This document shows positions 8,774 through 17,531 of a DNA stretch of 64,000 nt, piece by piece. The first letter of the stretch is position 1. Every line of letters starts with the position of its first letter. The stretch is from Streptosporangium sp. NPDC087985 (GTDB lineage Bacteria; Actinomycetota; Actinomycetes; Streptosporangiales; Streptosporangiaceae). The DNA is taken from the NCBI RefSeq assembly GCF_044741965.1, contig NZ_JBIUTQ010000007.1, positions 1-64,000 on the forward strand, written 5' to 3'. A program made the translations under genes and the position numbers. The notes beneath the pieces were generated by a model. It was not told the origin of the DNA, made no database searches, and saw only the letters and a program-made list of their open reading frames with translations.

Positions 8774-9835
8774 ATGATCACGACAGTCCTCACCGCCACC
8801 GCCTTCGTGGCGGCCCTCGCGGGGAACAGCCCCCAGGCATCCGCGGTCGGCACCTGTCCGCAGGCCGTCGATGACTGGAAGCGTCCGCTGCCTGGCACGG
8901 AGGTGCCGGACGGAGTCCGGAGGTGGTTCGACGAGTTGCCCGAGGGCGTCGGCAGGTGGTTATGGGAAGCGATGCGTACCGCGCTCACCCCCGCCTGCGA
9001 GGCCGGCCGCCCGAGCTTGGAATCCCCGCCCCCGACCATCCGCGTCGACGCCGGGGACGACACCTCCGGCCCGTACACCTCCCCGGCGGCGCAGGTTGCC
9101 GACGGCTCCGGGCTTTCCGAGCCTCCCAGGTCCGGTGCCCCCGGCATCGCCGGCTTCTCCGGTCCTTCGGGGGACGTATCCCCTGATCTCCCCGATCCTT
9201 CCGCCCCTTCGAGGGATGCGTCCCCCGACGTCACCGGTCCTTCCGCTCCTCCCGGGGATACCTCCCCCGATCTCACCGGTCCTTCCGAGGATGTCTCCCC
9301 CGACACCGCCGGTTCTTCCGGGCCCGCGTCTTCCTCGCGTGCCCGCCGGCCCGCCGTCGTCTCCCTGGATAAGCCCGCGAAACGGGAGGCGTCCCGCCCC
9401 TCGCCCACGTCATCCCGGCCACCGCGCCGCCCGTCACCGGGGCAGACGGCGGTGGCGGCGGCGCTCCGCCACGTCGGCAGGCCGTACGTCTGGGGCGGCG
9501 GGTCGGGCGCGGGACCGACCGGCGGCGGTTTCGACTGCTCCGGCCTCGCCCTGCACGCCTGGTCCAAGGCGGGGACCGCGCTCACCCACTACACCGGCAG
9601 CCAGTTCAAGCAGGGCCGCCGCGTGCCGTTCTCCCAGCTCCGCCCGGGAGACCTGGTCTTCTTCGGGGGCGGCAGCGGAGACCCCACCCACGTGGGTGTC
9701 TACGTGAAGAACGGTGTCATGGTGCACGCCCCGAAGACCGGCGACGTCGTCAGGACGACGAACTTCGCCGACTCCCCCTACTACCGCTCGCGCTACCGGG
9801 GGGCCGTCCGCCCGGGCTCCGGGCCCCTCGCCTGA
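8774..9835 (+). CDS. secreted NlpC/P60 (C40) cell-wall peptidase with Pro/Ser-rich repetitive linker
   Basis: Signal peptide MITTVLTATAFVAALAG. The repetitive linker is SGPSGDVSPDLPDPSAPSRDASPDVTGPS. The C-terminal RPYVWGGGS...GFDCSGL...HVGVYV domain carries the catalytic Cys/His of NlpC/P60. Confidence 0.85.
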   Translation: MITTVLTATAFVAALAGNSPQASAVGTCPQAVDDWKRPLPGTEVPDGVRRWFDELPEGVGRWLWEAMRTALTPACEAGRPSLESPPPTIRVDAGDDTSGPYTSPAAQVADGSGLSEPPRSGAPGIAGFSGPSGDVSPDLPDPSAPSRDASPDVTGPSAPPGDTSPDLTGPSEDVSPDTAGSSGPASSSRARRPAVVSLDKPAKREASRPSPTSSRPPRRPSPGQTAVAAALRHVGRPYVWGGGSGAGPTGGGFDCSGLALHAWSKAGTALTHYTGSQFKQGRRVPFSQLRPGDLVFFGGGSGDPTHVGVYVKNGVMVHAPKTGDVVRTTNFADSPYYRSRYRGAVRPGSGPLA

Positions 9836-9917
9836 CAGAGCCGGTGCCCCTGAGATCGCCACTTCGCGCCACGAGTGTCGGTTCCCCTCCAGATGCTGGT
9901 AATCTAAACACTCGTTG

Positions 9918-9992
9918 GCCCCCTTAGCTCAGGGGATAGAGCACCGGCCTCCGGAGCCGGGAGCGCAAGTTCGAATCTTGCAGGGGGCACCA
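9918..9992 (+). tRNA. tRNA-Arg (anticodon CCG)
   Basis: Cloverleaf read directly. Acceptor GCCCCCT/AGGGGGC. D-arm GCTC-AGGGGATA-GAGC. Anticodon stem CCGGC/GCCGG with loop CTCCGGA (anticodon CCG). T-arm GCAAG-TTCGAAT-CTTGC. Discriminator A plus encoded CCA. Confidence 0.9.
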
Positions 9993-10016
9993 ACGTTTCA
10001 CCAGGGGAAACCCAGC

Positions 10017-10042
10017 GACGACCCGCGGCAACGCGGGTCGTT
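10017..10042 (+). terminator. GC-rich hairpin just downstream of tRNA-Arg
   Basis: gacgacccgcg-gcaa-cgcgggtcgtt, 24 nt after the tRNA 3' end. Confidence 0.35.
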
Positions 10043-10134
10043 CTGCGTTCCGGGGTGCCACCGGCGTGAAAGGCAGGCGCGGCCCGGAGCGGTCGCCGAG
10101 ACGTCGATCTGGCGAGCTCCCTGCCGGGCCGGGT

Positions 10135-10944
10135 TCACGGCTCCGCCGAGCGGCGAAGGGCGGTCCTGGTGGTGTCCTCGGGATAGGGCGACAGCCGTAC
10201 GGCGTCCTGGACGTGCATCCAGCCCGCTGCCACCTCCTCGCAGAGTCCGGCGAGGGCGGCGATCTCGGCGTGCTGGGCGATGACGAACGCGCGATCCACC
10301 GGATCCCCGTGGCCGGGCACGATGACGTCGCCGTCGCCGGTGAGCCCGAGCAGGCCGTCGACGGCCGTCGGCCATTCGAGCGGGTAGGCGTCGCCGTACG
10401 CGGGCGGCGCGCCGTTCTCCACCAGGTCGCCGGCGAACACCACACCGGCGTCCGGCACGTGGACCACGAGATCGTTGCTGGAATGACCGCGGCCGAAGTG
10501 GGCCATGACGACGCGCCGCCCGCCGACGGCCAGCTCCGCCCGGTCGGTCACGAGGTGGTCCGGCAGCACGATATCCGTCTTCTCGATGTCGTCGGCGATG
10601 CCGGGGCGCCCCTCCTCCCGGTACCGCCGCGCCCAGGTGTCCTTCGTCCCGGCCCCGCCCTCGATCAGGTCGGTCCGGCAGCCCTCCTGCGCCCAGACGG
10701 CACACTCCAGGAACGGCCGCGTGCCGAAGCTGTGGTCGAAGTGCGAGTGGGTGATCACCACCGTCCACGGATCCCGGGTGATCCGCCGCACCTCCGCGGC
10801 GAGCTCCGCCCCCTGCCGCTCGTCCCCTCGCGTGTCGACCACCAGGCAGCCGCCGTCACCCATGACCAGTCCCACCGACAGGTCCAGCTCCGCATACCGC
10901 CGGACCAGCACCCGATCGGCCACTTCCATCCATCGACCTTCCAT
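10135..10944 (-). CDS. MBL-fold metallo-hydrolase (glyoxalase-II/beta-lactamase-like)
   Basis: 269 aa. The VITHSHFDHSFG (HxHxDH) zinc motif is present, plus a downstream HGD. ATG at 10944 lies 8 nt after GGAGAA. The longer 488-aa ORF is an N-terminal artefact that overlaps the kinase gene. Confidence 0.8.
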   Translation of the reverse strand: MEGRWMEVADRVLVRRYAELDLSVGLVMGDGGCLVVDTRGDERQGAELAAEVRRITRDPWTVVITHSHFDHSFGTRPFLECAVWAQEGCRTDLIEGGAGTKDTWARRYREEGRPGIADDIEKTDIVLPDHLVTDRAELAVGGRRVVMAHFGRGHSSNDLVVHVPDAGVVFAGDLVENGAPPAYGDAYPLEWPTAVDGLLGLTGDGDVIVPGHGDPVDRAFVIAQHAEIAALAGLCEEVAAGWMHVQDAVRLSPYPEDTTRTALRRSAEP

Positions 10945-11024
10945 GCACCGTATTCTCCACTGGTTGCCGTGCCGTGATCGAGTACCGGCAGGCGTGGGCC
11001 GATGTGGTCGGACGCCGGCGCGGC

Positions 11025-11918
11025 TCAGGCGAGGACGCGGCCGACCATCCGGGCGTACATCCGGCCGGGGCTGGGCACCGATGGCGGGTTGAGGAAACCG
11101 GGGAGCATCGGAAGGTCCACGGCGAAGGACTGCAGGCGCTCGTAGAGAGCGTCGGCGTCGGTGGGACGCCGGTCGGGGTCCTTCTCCAGGAGGTCTTCGA
11201 CCAGCCGGTTCAGCTCCGCGGGGACACCGGGGACGGCGGGCGGCCGTTCCTTCACCTGGCGTTCGAACACGGCGTACTCGGTGGGCCCGGTGAAGAGCTG
11301 CCTGCCCGTCAGCATCTCGTGGATCACGCAGCCGAGGGCGTAGAGGTCGCTGCGGGGGCCGGCGAGGCCACTCTGGATCTGCTCGGGGGCCATGTAGGCA
11401 GGCGTACCGAGGAGCTGGCCGACCCGGGTGAACCGGGTCGAGTCCGCCTCGCGGAGCATGGCGAGGCCGAAGTCCAGGACCTTGACGCTGCCGTCGGGGC
11501 AGAGCATCAGGTTGGTCGGCTTGAGGTCGCGGTGGTAGATGGACAGCGCGTGGGCGGCTGACAGCACCGCACACGCTTGGGCGGCGATCGCGGCCGCCCA
11601 CGGGACCGGGAGCGGGCCGTGCTCGCTGACCAGGTCGGCCACGGTGACGCCCTCGATGAACTGCATCACCTGGAAGAGCCGCTGGTCGGAGGTGCCGAAG
11701 TCGTAAAGGACCGGCGCGCCGGGGTGCTCCAGCTTCGCCAGAATGCGCGCTTCGCGGAGGAAACGCCGGTTCAGTTCCTCGTCCGGGCCGCTGAGCAGGC
11801 GCAGGAACTTGACGGCCACCTTGCGGTCGAGGTGCTTGTCGTGGCCGGCGTAGACGGCACCCATGCCGCCCTGGGCGAGGGGGAGGTCATCGAGCACGTA
11901 CCGGTCGCCGATGACCAT
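11025..11918 (-). CDS. minimal Ser/Thr protein kinase (Hanks-type catalytic domain only)
   Basis: 297 aa. It has a Gly-rich loop LAQGGMGAVYAG, VAVK, the catalytic loop HRDLKPTNLML, DFG, and APE (AYMAPE). There is no TM, PASTA, FHA or other accessory domain. RBS GGGGAGGG is present. Confidence 0.85.
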   Translation of the reverse strand: MVIGDRYVLDDLPLAQGGMGAVYAGHDKHLDRKVAVKFLRLLSGPDEELNRRFLREARILAKLEHPGAPVLYDFGTSDQRLFQVMQFIEGVTVADLVSEHGPLPVPWAAAIAAQACAVLSAAHALSIYHRDLKPTNLMLCPDGSVKVLDFGLAMLREADSTRFTRVGQLLGTPAYMAPEQIQSGLAGPRSDLYALGCVIHEMLTGRQLFTGPTEYAVFERQVKERPPAVPGVPAELNRLVEDLLEKDPDRRPTDADALYERLQSFAVDLPMLPGFLNPPSVPSPGRMYARMVGRVLA

Positions 11919-11945
11919 CCGACCCTCCCCTGGACGTGGCGGGAA

Positions 11946-13844
11946 TCAAACCCTTTGGTCGCATGGCCGGAGGTGGCCGTCAACCAGTCCGTCAAAGCCT
12001 AGCCGGATCAGCGTTTCTCCCAGCGCCGTCGTCTCGCGTACCCGGTCCTCCAGTGCGAACAGCTCACGGAAGGCCGTGCCGTACCGCCGCTGGTCGGCGA
12101 GGGGCAGCATCGGCACCCGCGACCGCCGCACGTCGAGGCGGCTGGAGCCGGGGTGGATACGGGCCGCGTCGGCGGAGCGGAGAAAGCCGGCCAGGAAGTC
12201 GGGGTCGAGCCGTTGCGGGTCCACGCGGTAGAGCGTGAGCTGCGGGCCGAGCGCCGCTCCGCTCCGGGTGATCACCCGGACCACGCCCAGGGTGGTGGTC
12301 ACGACGTCCCCAGGTCTGATCATGACCAGTGCGGGGTCGAGGACGGTCCGTCCCGACGGGGGCGTGCCCAGGGCGATGTCGTCGGCGGTCAGGACCGGGA
12401 GCGGGCCTTCGCCGGCCGTCATCTTGGATGGGGCCTGCAGGATGGTGAGCAGGGCGGCCTTGGCCAGCTCGCCGACGGTGGTGGTCGGCAGGTCCTGCCG
12501 TTCGGTGAGCAGCTCAAGTGCCGGAGGGGCCTCCGGCAGCGTGGCCGAGGTGTCGCGGAAGCGGTCCAGCGCGTCGGTGAAGTCGCGCAGGAAGTCGGGG
12601 CCGCCCAGCTGCGGGCGGTGCCGGGCCGGGCTGAGGTCCACCTCGTCGTCGAGCAGGTCGATGATCCGGACGGTACGGCTGTCGCCGGACGGCTCGGCCT
12701 CCGGGTCGCACGTGTAGGCACGCCAGGCGGGTTCCACGGCCGACAGGTCCTCGCTCGCGTCCATTATCAGAATCCGGGAGGGAGGGCGCCTTCCGTCGGG
12801 GCGGCGCAGGATCCACAGATCGGGACCGCCCGGGCCCAGCGTCACCACGGCCCGTAGCGCCCCGGTGCGCAGCAGGTTGCCCCGGATACGCTTGCCGGGA
12901 CGGCGGCCGGCCGCCGCGGCCGGCATCAGGATCGTCACCAGGCCACCCGGCCTCACGTGGGCCAGACAGTGCTGTACCCAGGCAAGCTCGGGCTCCCCGC
13001 GGGGCGGCAGGCCGTACTCCCACCGGGGATCGCCGGTCAGCTCCTCGTAGCCCCATGCGCGCTCGTTGAACGGCGGGTCGCAGACCACGGCGTCGGCGAG
13101 CTCGCCGGCCAGGCCGTCCTCGCGCAGCGAGTCGCCCGCGACGACCCGCGCCCGGGTCCCGCGCAGCAACAACCGGACCGCGGTGAGCAGCGCGTTGGTC
13201 TCGTTGGTCTCCTGGCCGAGCGGGGTGCCGGCGTGCAGGAGGAGGGTGCCGACGCCGCAGGCCGGATCGAGGACGGTCCCCCCCTCCTGGCCGGCCAGGA
13301 GGGACATGAGCGCGGCCACGTCGTCCCTGGTCACCGAGAGCTGGCGGGAGTGAGCCTCCACGTAGCGCTCGCAGAGGAACTCGAAGGTGTCCAGCGGGCC
13401 ACGCTCGGCGGCCAGTTCGGCCACCAGCCTGACGAGCGCGAGGTCGTCCAGCCGCAGATCGGGGGAGCTGGGAAGGTCCGTCGTCGCGGCGGCCAGACCG
13501 GCGAGGGACCGGGTGCCGTGTTTCCGCCACGTCTCCGGTTCCCGGTGGAGGAACAGCAGGAACGCGCCGACCCTGCCCACCAGGTCACCCAGGCGCAGGT
13601 CGTCGACCGAGGTCCGCAGCCGCTGCCAGACCAGGTCGCCGAGGGAGACCTCGAACGACTTGCCGTGGCGGCGCAACCACGCGGCGATCTCGGGCAGGGA
13701 GAACAGCGGGCTGGAGGCCGTACCCCCCGTGGGCTGGGGAAAGTCATCGTGGCGGCGGCGCCAGTTGCTCACCGCGGCGCGGCCGACAGAGGCGAGCCGG
13801 GCGATGTCGCCCGCGTTCACCGTGATGTCCTGGCTCTCCTCCAT
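11946..13844 (-). CDS. single-chain HTH + N6-adenine DNA methyltransferase + HsdS-like target-recognition domain protein
   Basis: 632 aa. The N-terminus DIARLASVGRAAVSNWRRRHDDFPQP is a MerR/excisionase-type HTH. MTase motif I is DPACGVGTLLL and motif IV is VVCDPPFN (DPPF, amino-MTase). The C-terminal ~250 aa has the HsdS TRD pattern (TLYRVDPQRLDPDFLAGFL...GSSRLDVRRSRVPMLPLADQRRYGTAFRE). It stops 27 bp before the kinase start. Confidence 0.8.
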   Translation of the reverse strand: MEESQDITVNAGDIARLASVGRAAVSNWRRRHDDFPQPTGGTASSPLFSLPEIAAWLRRHGKSFEVSLGDLVWQRLRTSVDDLRLGDLVGRVGAFLLFLHREPETWRKHGTRSLAGLAAATTDLPSSPDLRLDDLALVRLVAELAAERGPLDTFEFLCERYVEAHSRQLSVTRDDVAALMSLLAGQEGGTVLDPACGVGTLLLHAGTPLGQETNETNALLTAVRLLLRGTRARVVAGDSLREDGLAGELADAVVCDPPFNERAWGYEELTGDPRWEYGLPPRGEPELAWVQHCLAHVRPGGLVTILMPAAAAGRRPGKRIRGNLLRTGALRAVVTLGPGGPDLWILRRPDGRRPPSRILIMDASEDLSAVEPAWRAYTCDPEAEPSGDSRTVRIIDLLDDEVDLSPARHRPQLGGPDFLRDFTDALDRFRDTSATLPEAPPALELLTERQDLPTTTVGELAKAALLTILQAPSKMTAGEGPLPVLTADDIALGTPPSGRTVLDPALVMIRPGDVVTTTLGVVRVITRSGAALGPQLTLYRVDPQRLDPDFLAGFLRSADAARIHPGSSRLDVRRSRVPMLPLADQRRYGTAFRELFALEDRVRETTALGETLIRLGFDGLVDGHLRPCDQRV

Positions 13845-13928
13845 ACTGGGCCACAGTAGTTGACTGTGCCTTAACGGTCTACAACATGTTTGCTTGTGAA
13901 GTGCTTCAACCAATGCTTTACTGCCTTC

Positions 13929-14726
13929 ATGGCACTGAACGAAGGATTGGCACTGCGCTACGCGGCCCGCTCCGACGTAGGCGTCCGCCGCGAGGCGAAC
14001 GAGGACTCGGGCTACGCGAGCGCGCGTCTGCTCGCCATAGCCGACGGCATGGGTGGTCACGCGGGTGGAGAGGTCGCCAGCTCGCTTGCCGCCACCGCCA
14101 TGGCGGCCCTGGACGACAGCCTTCCGGCCAGCGGTGTCGACCTGGTCGCCGCCCTGAAAGGCGCGGCGAGGGACGTCAACCACACGCTGCACGACATGAG
14201 TGAGCAGGACCCCGCGTTACGCGGGATGGGCACCACCCTGACCGCCATGCTGTGGGACGGCGCCGCCTTCGCCCTTGCCCACGTCGGCGACTCCCGCGCC
14301 TACATGCTGCGCGGCGGTGCCCTCTACCAGATCACCCATGACCACACTCTGGTCCAGTCGCTGGTGGACGAGGGCCGCATCACCCCGGAGCAGGCCGCCG
14401 AGCATCCGCGCCGGTCCATGGTGCTGCGGGTCCTTGAGGGCACCGGTGACGGTGAGCTGGACCTCTCCCTGCGCGAGGCCCAGCCGGACGACCGCTACCT
14501 TCTCTGCTCCGACGGCCTGACCGGGGTGGTCGGCCCGGAGACCCTGTTCAACACGCTGACCGAAATCGCCGACCCCGACGAGGCCGCCCGGTGGCTCATC
14601 GACCTGGCCAACCGGGGCGGCGGTCCCGACAACATCACCTGCATCGTGGCCGACTTCGGGGCCCACGCCGTCTCCGCTGAGCGGTTCCTCGTAGGCGCCG
14701 TGGTCGAGCGGAAACTGACCCCCTGA
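13929..14726 (+). CDS. PP2C-family Ser/Thr protein phosphatase
   Basis: RYAARSDVGVRREANED...LLAIADGMGGHAGGEVAS...DGLTG...GGPDNITCIVADF carries the PPM metal-binding aspartates. It is divergent from the MTase. An alternative ATG start at 13890 exists. Confidence 0.85.
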   Translation: MALNEGLALRYAARSDVGVRREANEDSGYASARLLAIADGMGGHAGGEVASSLAATAMAALDDSLPASGVDLVAALKGAARDVNHTLHDMSEQDPALRGMGTTLTAMLWDGAAFALAHVGDSRAYMLRGGALYQITHDHTLVQSLVDEGRITPEQAAEHPRRSMVLRVLEGTGDGELDLSLREAQPDDRYLLCSDGLTGVVGPETLFNTLTEIADPDEAARWLIDLANRGGGPDNITCIVADFGAHAVSAERFLVGAVVERKLTP

Positions 14727-14762
14727 GGCTGCCCCGCCCCGGAGAGCGGGAAGTGAGGGCGT

Positions 14763-15593
14763 TTACCAGGTCTTGCCAGTGATGCGCTCGTACGCCTCGA
14801 TGTAGCGGGCCCGGGTGACCTCCACGACCTCGGCGGGCACCTCCGGGGCGGGCTCCTTCTTGTCCCAGCCCGTGCCGGTCGCCCAGTCGCGGACATACTG
14901 CTTGTCGAACGAGAACTGCGCGTGACCGGGCTCCCACCGGTCGGCGGGCCAGAACCGCGAGGAGTCGGAGGTCAGCACCTCGTCGCCGAGCACGAGCGTG
15001 CCGTCGTCGGCCCAGCCCAGCTCGATCTTGGTGTCGGCGATGATGACGCCCCGCTCCGCGGCGAGCTCGGATCCCCGCCGGTAGATCTCCAGCGTGATCC
15101 GCCGCAGCTCCTCGGCGACCCCCACGCCTTCCAGGGAGACCACGTCGTCGAAGGCGATGGGCTCGTCGTGCTGCCCGAGCGGCGCCTTGGTGGACGGGGT
15201 GAAGATCGGCTCGGGGAGCCTGGAGCCGTCCACCAGGCCGGGGGGCAGCGGCACGCCCGAGACCGTCCCGTGCGCCTGGTACTCCTTCAGGCCCCCGCCG
15301 GTCAGGTAGCCGCGCGCGACGCATTCGACCTGCACCATCTTCAGCTTCCGGCACCGTACGGCGCGGCCCGCGAACTCGGCGGGCACGTCGGTGGCGGAGA
15401 TGACGTGGTTGGGGACGATGTCGGCGAGCTGCTCGAACCACCACAGGGAGAGCTGGGTGAGGATCTTCCCCTTGTCGGGGATGGGCGTGGGCAGGATCAC
15501 GTCGTAGACCGACACGCGGTCGGAGGCCACGAGGATGATGTCCCCGCGGTCCTCGTAGACGTCACGGACCTTCCCTGAATGAAGAAGCTTCAC
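14763..15593 (-). CDS. purC: phosphoribosylaminoimidazole-succinocarboxamide synthase (SAICAR synthetase)
   Basis: 276 aa. MKLLHSGKVRDVYE...IIADTKIELG...LTSDSSRFW is the canonical PurC signature. Confidence 0.9.
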   Translation of the reverse strand: MKLLHSGKVRDVYEDRGDIILVASDRVSVYDVILPTPIPDKGKILTQLSLWWFEQLADIVPNHVISATDVPAEFAGRAVRCRKLKMVQVECVARGYLTGGGLKEYQAHGTVSGVPLPPGLVDGSRLPEPIFTPSTKAPLGQHDEPIAFDDVVSLEGVGVAEELRRITLEIYRRGSELAAERGVIIADTKIELGWADDGTLVLGDEVLTSDSSRFWPADRWEPGHAQFSFDKQYVRDWATGTGWDKKEPAPEVPAEVVEVTRARYIEAYERITGKTW

Positions 15594-15736
15594 TGCGTTC
15601 CTTGCTCTCGCTCGACCCGGTCGCTGACCGACACCTGTTCACCGTATTCGACATCCGGCGACGACCTGGCAGCCGGGCCGCCCCTCACCGGGTCCGGGGC
15701 GGGGCGGGTTTCTCGGTCGGTGACCGGGGCGGTGGG

Positions 15737-17437
15737 TCACGGGCGCCTGCGGGCTCGCAGGATGGCGTCGTGGATGGTGACCTCACGGCCTTCGGGGTCG
15801 CCGGCGGGGCGCGGTCTGGTGTCGGTGACGAGGACGTCCCACTGGTCGGGGGCGAGGGAGTGCGCGACCTCCTCGGCGGTGAAGAACATGTCGGGTATCG
15901 GTGTGCGGGGCATCGTGGTCTCCAGGTCCGAGATGTGGTGGCCGACGATGAGCAGGGTGCCGCCGGGGGCCACCGTGGTGGCCAGCCGGGCGAACAGCGC
16001 TTGGCGCTGGATCCCCGGCAGGTGCATGAAATGGGCGGAGACCAGGTCGAAAGGGCCTCCATCGGGTGTCCAGGCGGTCAGGTCGGCGTGTACCCAGCTG
16101 ATCCGCCCGGCCACGTCGGCGCCGAGGGCGTCGGCCTGTTCGGCGCCGCGCCGCAGGGCGGTAGTGGAGAAATCCACCGCCGTGACCCGCCAGCCGCGTG
16201 AGGCGAGCCAGAGGGCGTCGGCCCCTTCGCCGCAACCGACGTCGAGCGCCGTGCCGGGGGGCAGGTCGGTGGTCTCGGCCACGAGCTGGGGATTGGGGCG
16301 ACCGCTCCAGATCGCGGTGCGGGAACGGTAGCGCTGCTCCCATGCCTGCTCGCTGAACATGCTCTCGGTCGGGGCGTCGCGGTCGGCGTGCTGGTGGGCA
16401 CCCGGTGGCGTCGCGGTGGCAGGGCCACGGTGGTGGTCGCCGGGCACCCGCTCGGCATGGCCGGAGAGGGGCTCGGGCCTGCGGCGGTGAGCGGCCACGG
16501 CGTGGCGGGTGTCCTCGGCGATGAGGTCGGTGTTGATGGCCGCGGCGGTGTTCAGTGCCGAGGCGGCGGCGACGATCACCTGGGCGCGCAGGTCCGCGAC
16601 GTTGCCGGCCACCCACACCCCGGCCACCGAGGTGGCCCCGGTGGGATCGGCGGGCACGTGGCTGCCGATGACGTGGTCGCCGACCAGCTGCGGGGTCGGC
16701 TCCAGCCCGAGGGAGGCGAGCACGTCGGCCCGGGCGGTGAAGCGCGGCGCGACCACCACGGCCTGGCAGGGGACGAGCCGCCCTGAACGCATCCGGATGC
16801 CGCTGAGCCGGTCGTCGGTCGTCTCCACGGCGGTGACCTCGCCCTCCACGAGCGTGACGCCCCGGGCGACGAGCTGCTCGTACTCCTCATCGGTGGGTTT
16901 GGAAGCGGTGTGCAGGAACAGGGTCACCCGCGCGCTCCACTGCCGGAACAGCAGGGCCTGGTGCGCGGCCAGCGGGCTGTCGGCCAGGATGCCGATCGCC
17001 TGGTCGCGTACCTCCCAGCCGTGGCAGTACGGGCAGTGCAGGACGTCGCGCCCCCACCGTTCGGCCAGTCCGGGGACGTCGGGCAGCTCGTCCACCAGAC
17101 CGGTGGTCACCAGCAGCCGCCGTGCCCGCACCGTTCGGCCGTCGGCGAGCAGCACGCGAAAGCCACCCTCCCCCTCGTCCAGGGGGTGGGCCGAGGTGAC
17201 GGTGCCGGTCACGATCTCACCGCCGTAGCCGGTCACCTCGGCGCGGCCGGCGGCCAGCAACTCGCCGGGGGGCGTGCCCTCGCGGCCCAGGTAGTTGTGC
17301 ACATGCCCGGCCGGGGCGTTGCGCGGGGCGCCGGCGTCGACCACCAGCACCGAGCGGCGCGCCCGGCTCAGTGCCAGGGCCCCGCTGAGCCCGGCCGCAC
17401 CACCACCGACGACCACCACGTCGTACTTCTCCTCCAC
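15737..17437 (-). CDS. in-frame fusion: FAD/NAD(P)-dependent oxidoreductase (thioredoxin-reductase-like) + class I SAM-dependent methyltransferase
   Basis: GTG start at 17437 lies 7 nt after AGGAGA. KYDVVVVGGGAAGLSGALALSR is a Rossmann FAD motif. A ~50-aa low-complexity linker follows. The MTase module MFSEQAWEQRYRSRTAIWSGRPNPQLV...LDVGCGEGADALWLA begins at an internal ATG (16360). No stop codon separates the two modules. Confidence 0.7.
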   Translation of the reverse strand: MEEKYDVVVVGGGAAGLSGALALSRARRSVLVVDAGAPRNAPAGHVHNYLGREGTPPGELLAAGRAEVTGYGGEIVTGTVTSAHPLDEGEGGFRVLLADGRTVRARRLLVTTGLVDELPDVPGLAERWGRDVLHCPYCHGWEVRDQAIGILADSPLAAHQALLFRQWSARVTLFLHTASKPTDEEYEQLVARGVTLVEGEVTAVETTDDRLSGIRMRSGRLVPCQAVVVAPRFTARADVLASLGLEPTPQLVGDHVIGSHVPADPTGATSVAGVWVAGNVADLRAQVIVAAASALNTAAAINTDLIAEDTRHAVAAHRRRPEPLSGHAERVPGDHHRGPATATPPGAHQHADRDAPTESMFSEQAWEQRYRSRTAIWSGRPNPQLVAETTDLPPGTALDVGCGEGADALWLASRGWRVTAVDFSTTALRRGAEQADALGADVAGRISWVHADLTAWTPDGGPFDLVSAHFMHLPGIQRQALFARLATTVAPGGTLLIVGHHISDLETTMPRTPIPDMFFTAEEVAHSLAPDQWDVLVTDTRPRPAGDPEGREVTIHDAILRARRRP

Positions 17438-17531
17438 CGCGTGCTCTCCTCTGCTCGTCGGTACGGCCGGAGTGGGGTCACGGCGGCCGTCTCGTCGCTG
17501 GACTATCCGCCCACGGCGGCAGATTTGACAA

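Noticed and set aside
10945-11601. N-terminal 219-aa extension of the MBL hydrolase ORF (488-aa version)
   Set aside because: It overlaps the kinase gene in another frame with no motif content. The ATG at 10944 has a proper RBS and yields the canonical MBL length.
9993-14762. Integrated element at tRNA-Arg (att-site duplication / integrase)
   Set aside because: I looked for a direct repeat of the tRNA 3' end (ttcgaatcttgcagggggcacca) near the purC-proximal boundary and for an integrase gene. I found neither, so the cluster is reported as tRNA-adjacent, not as a demonstrable island.
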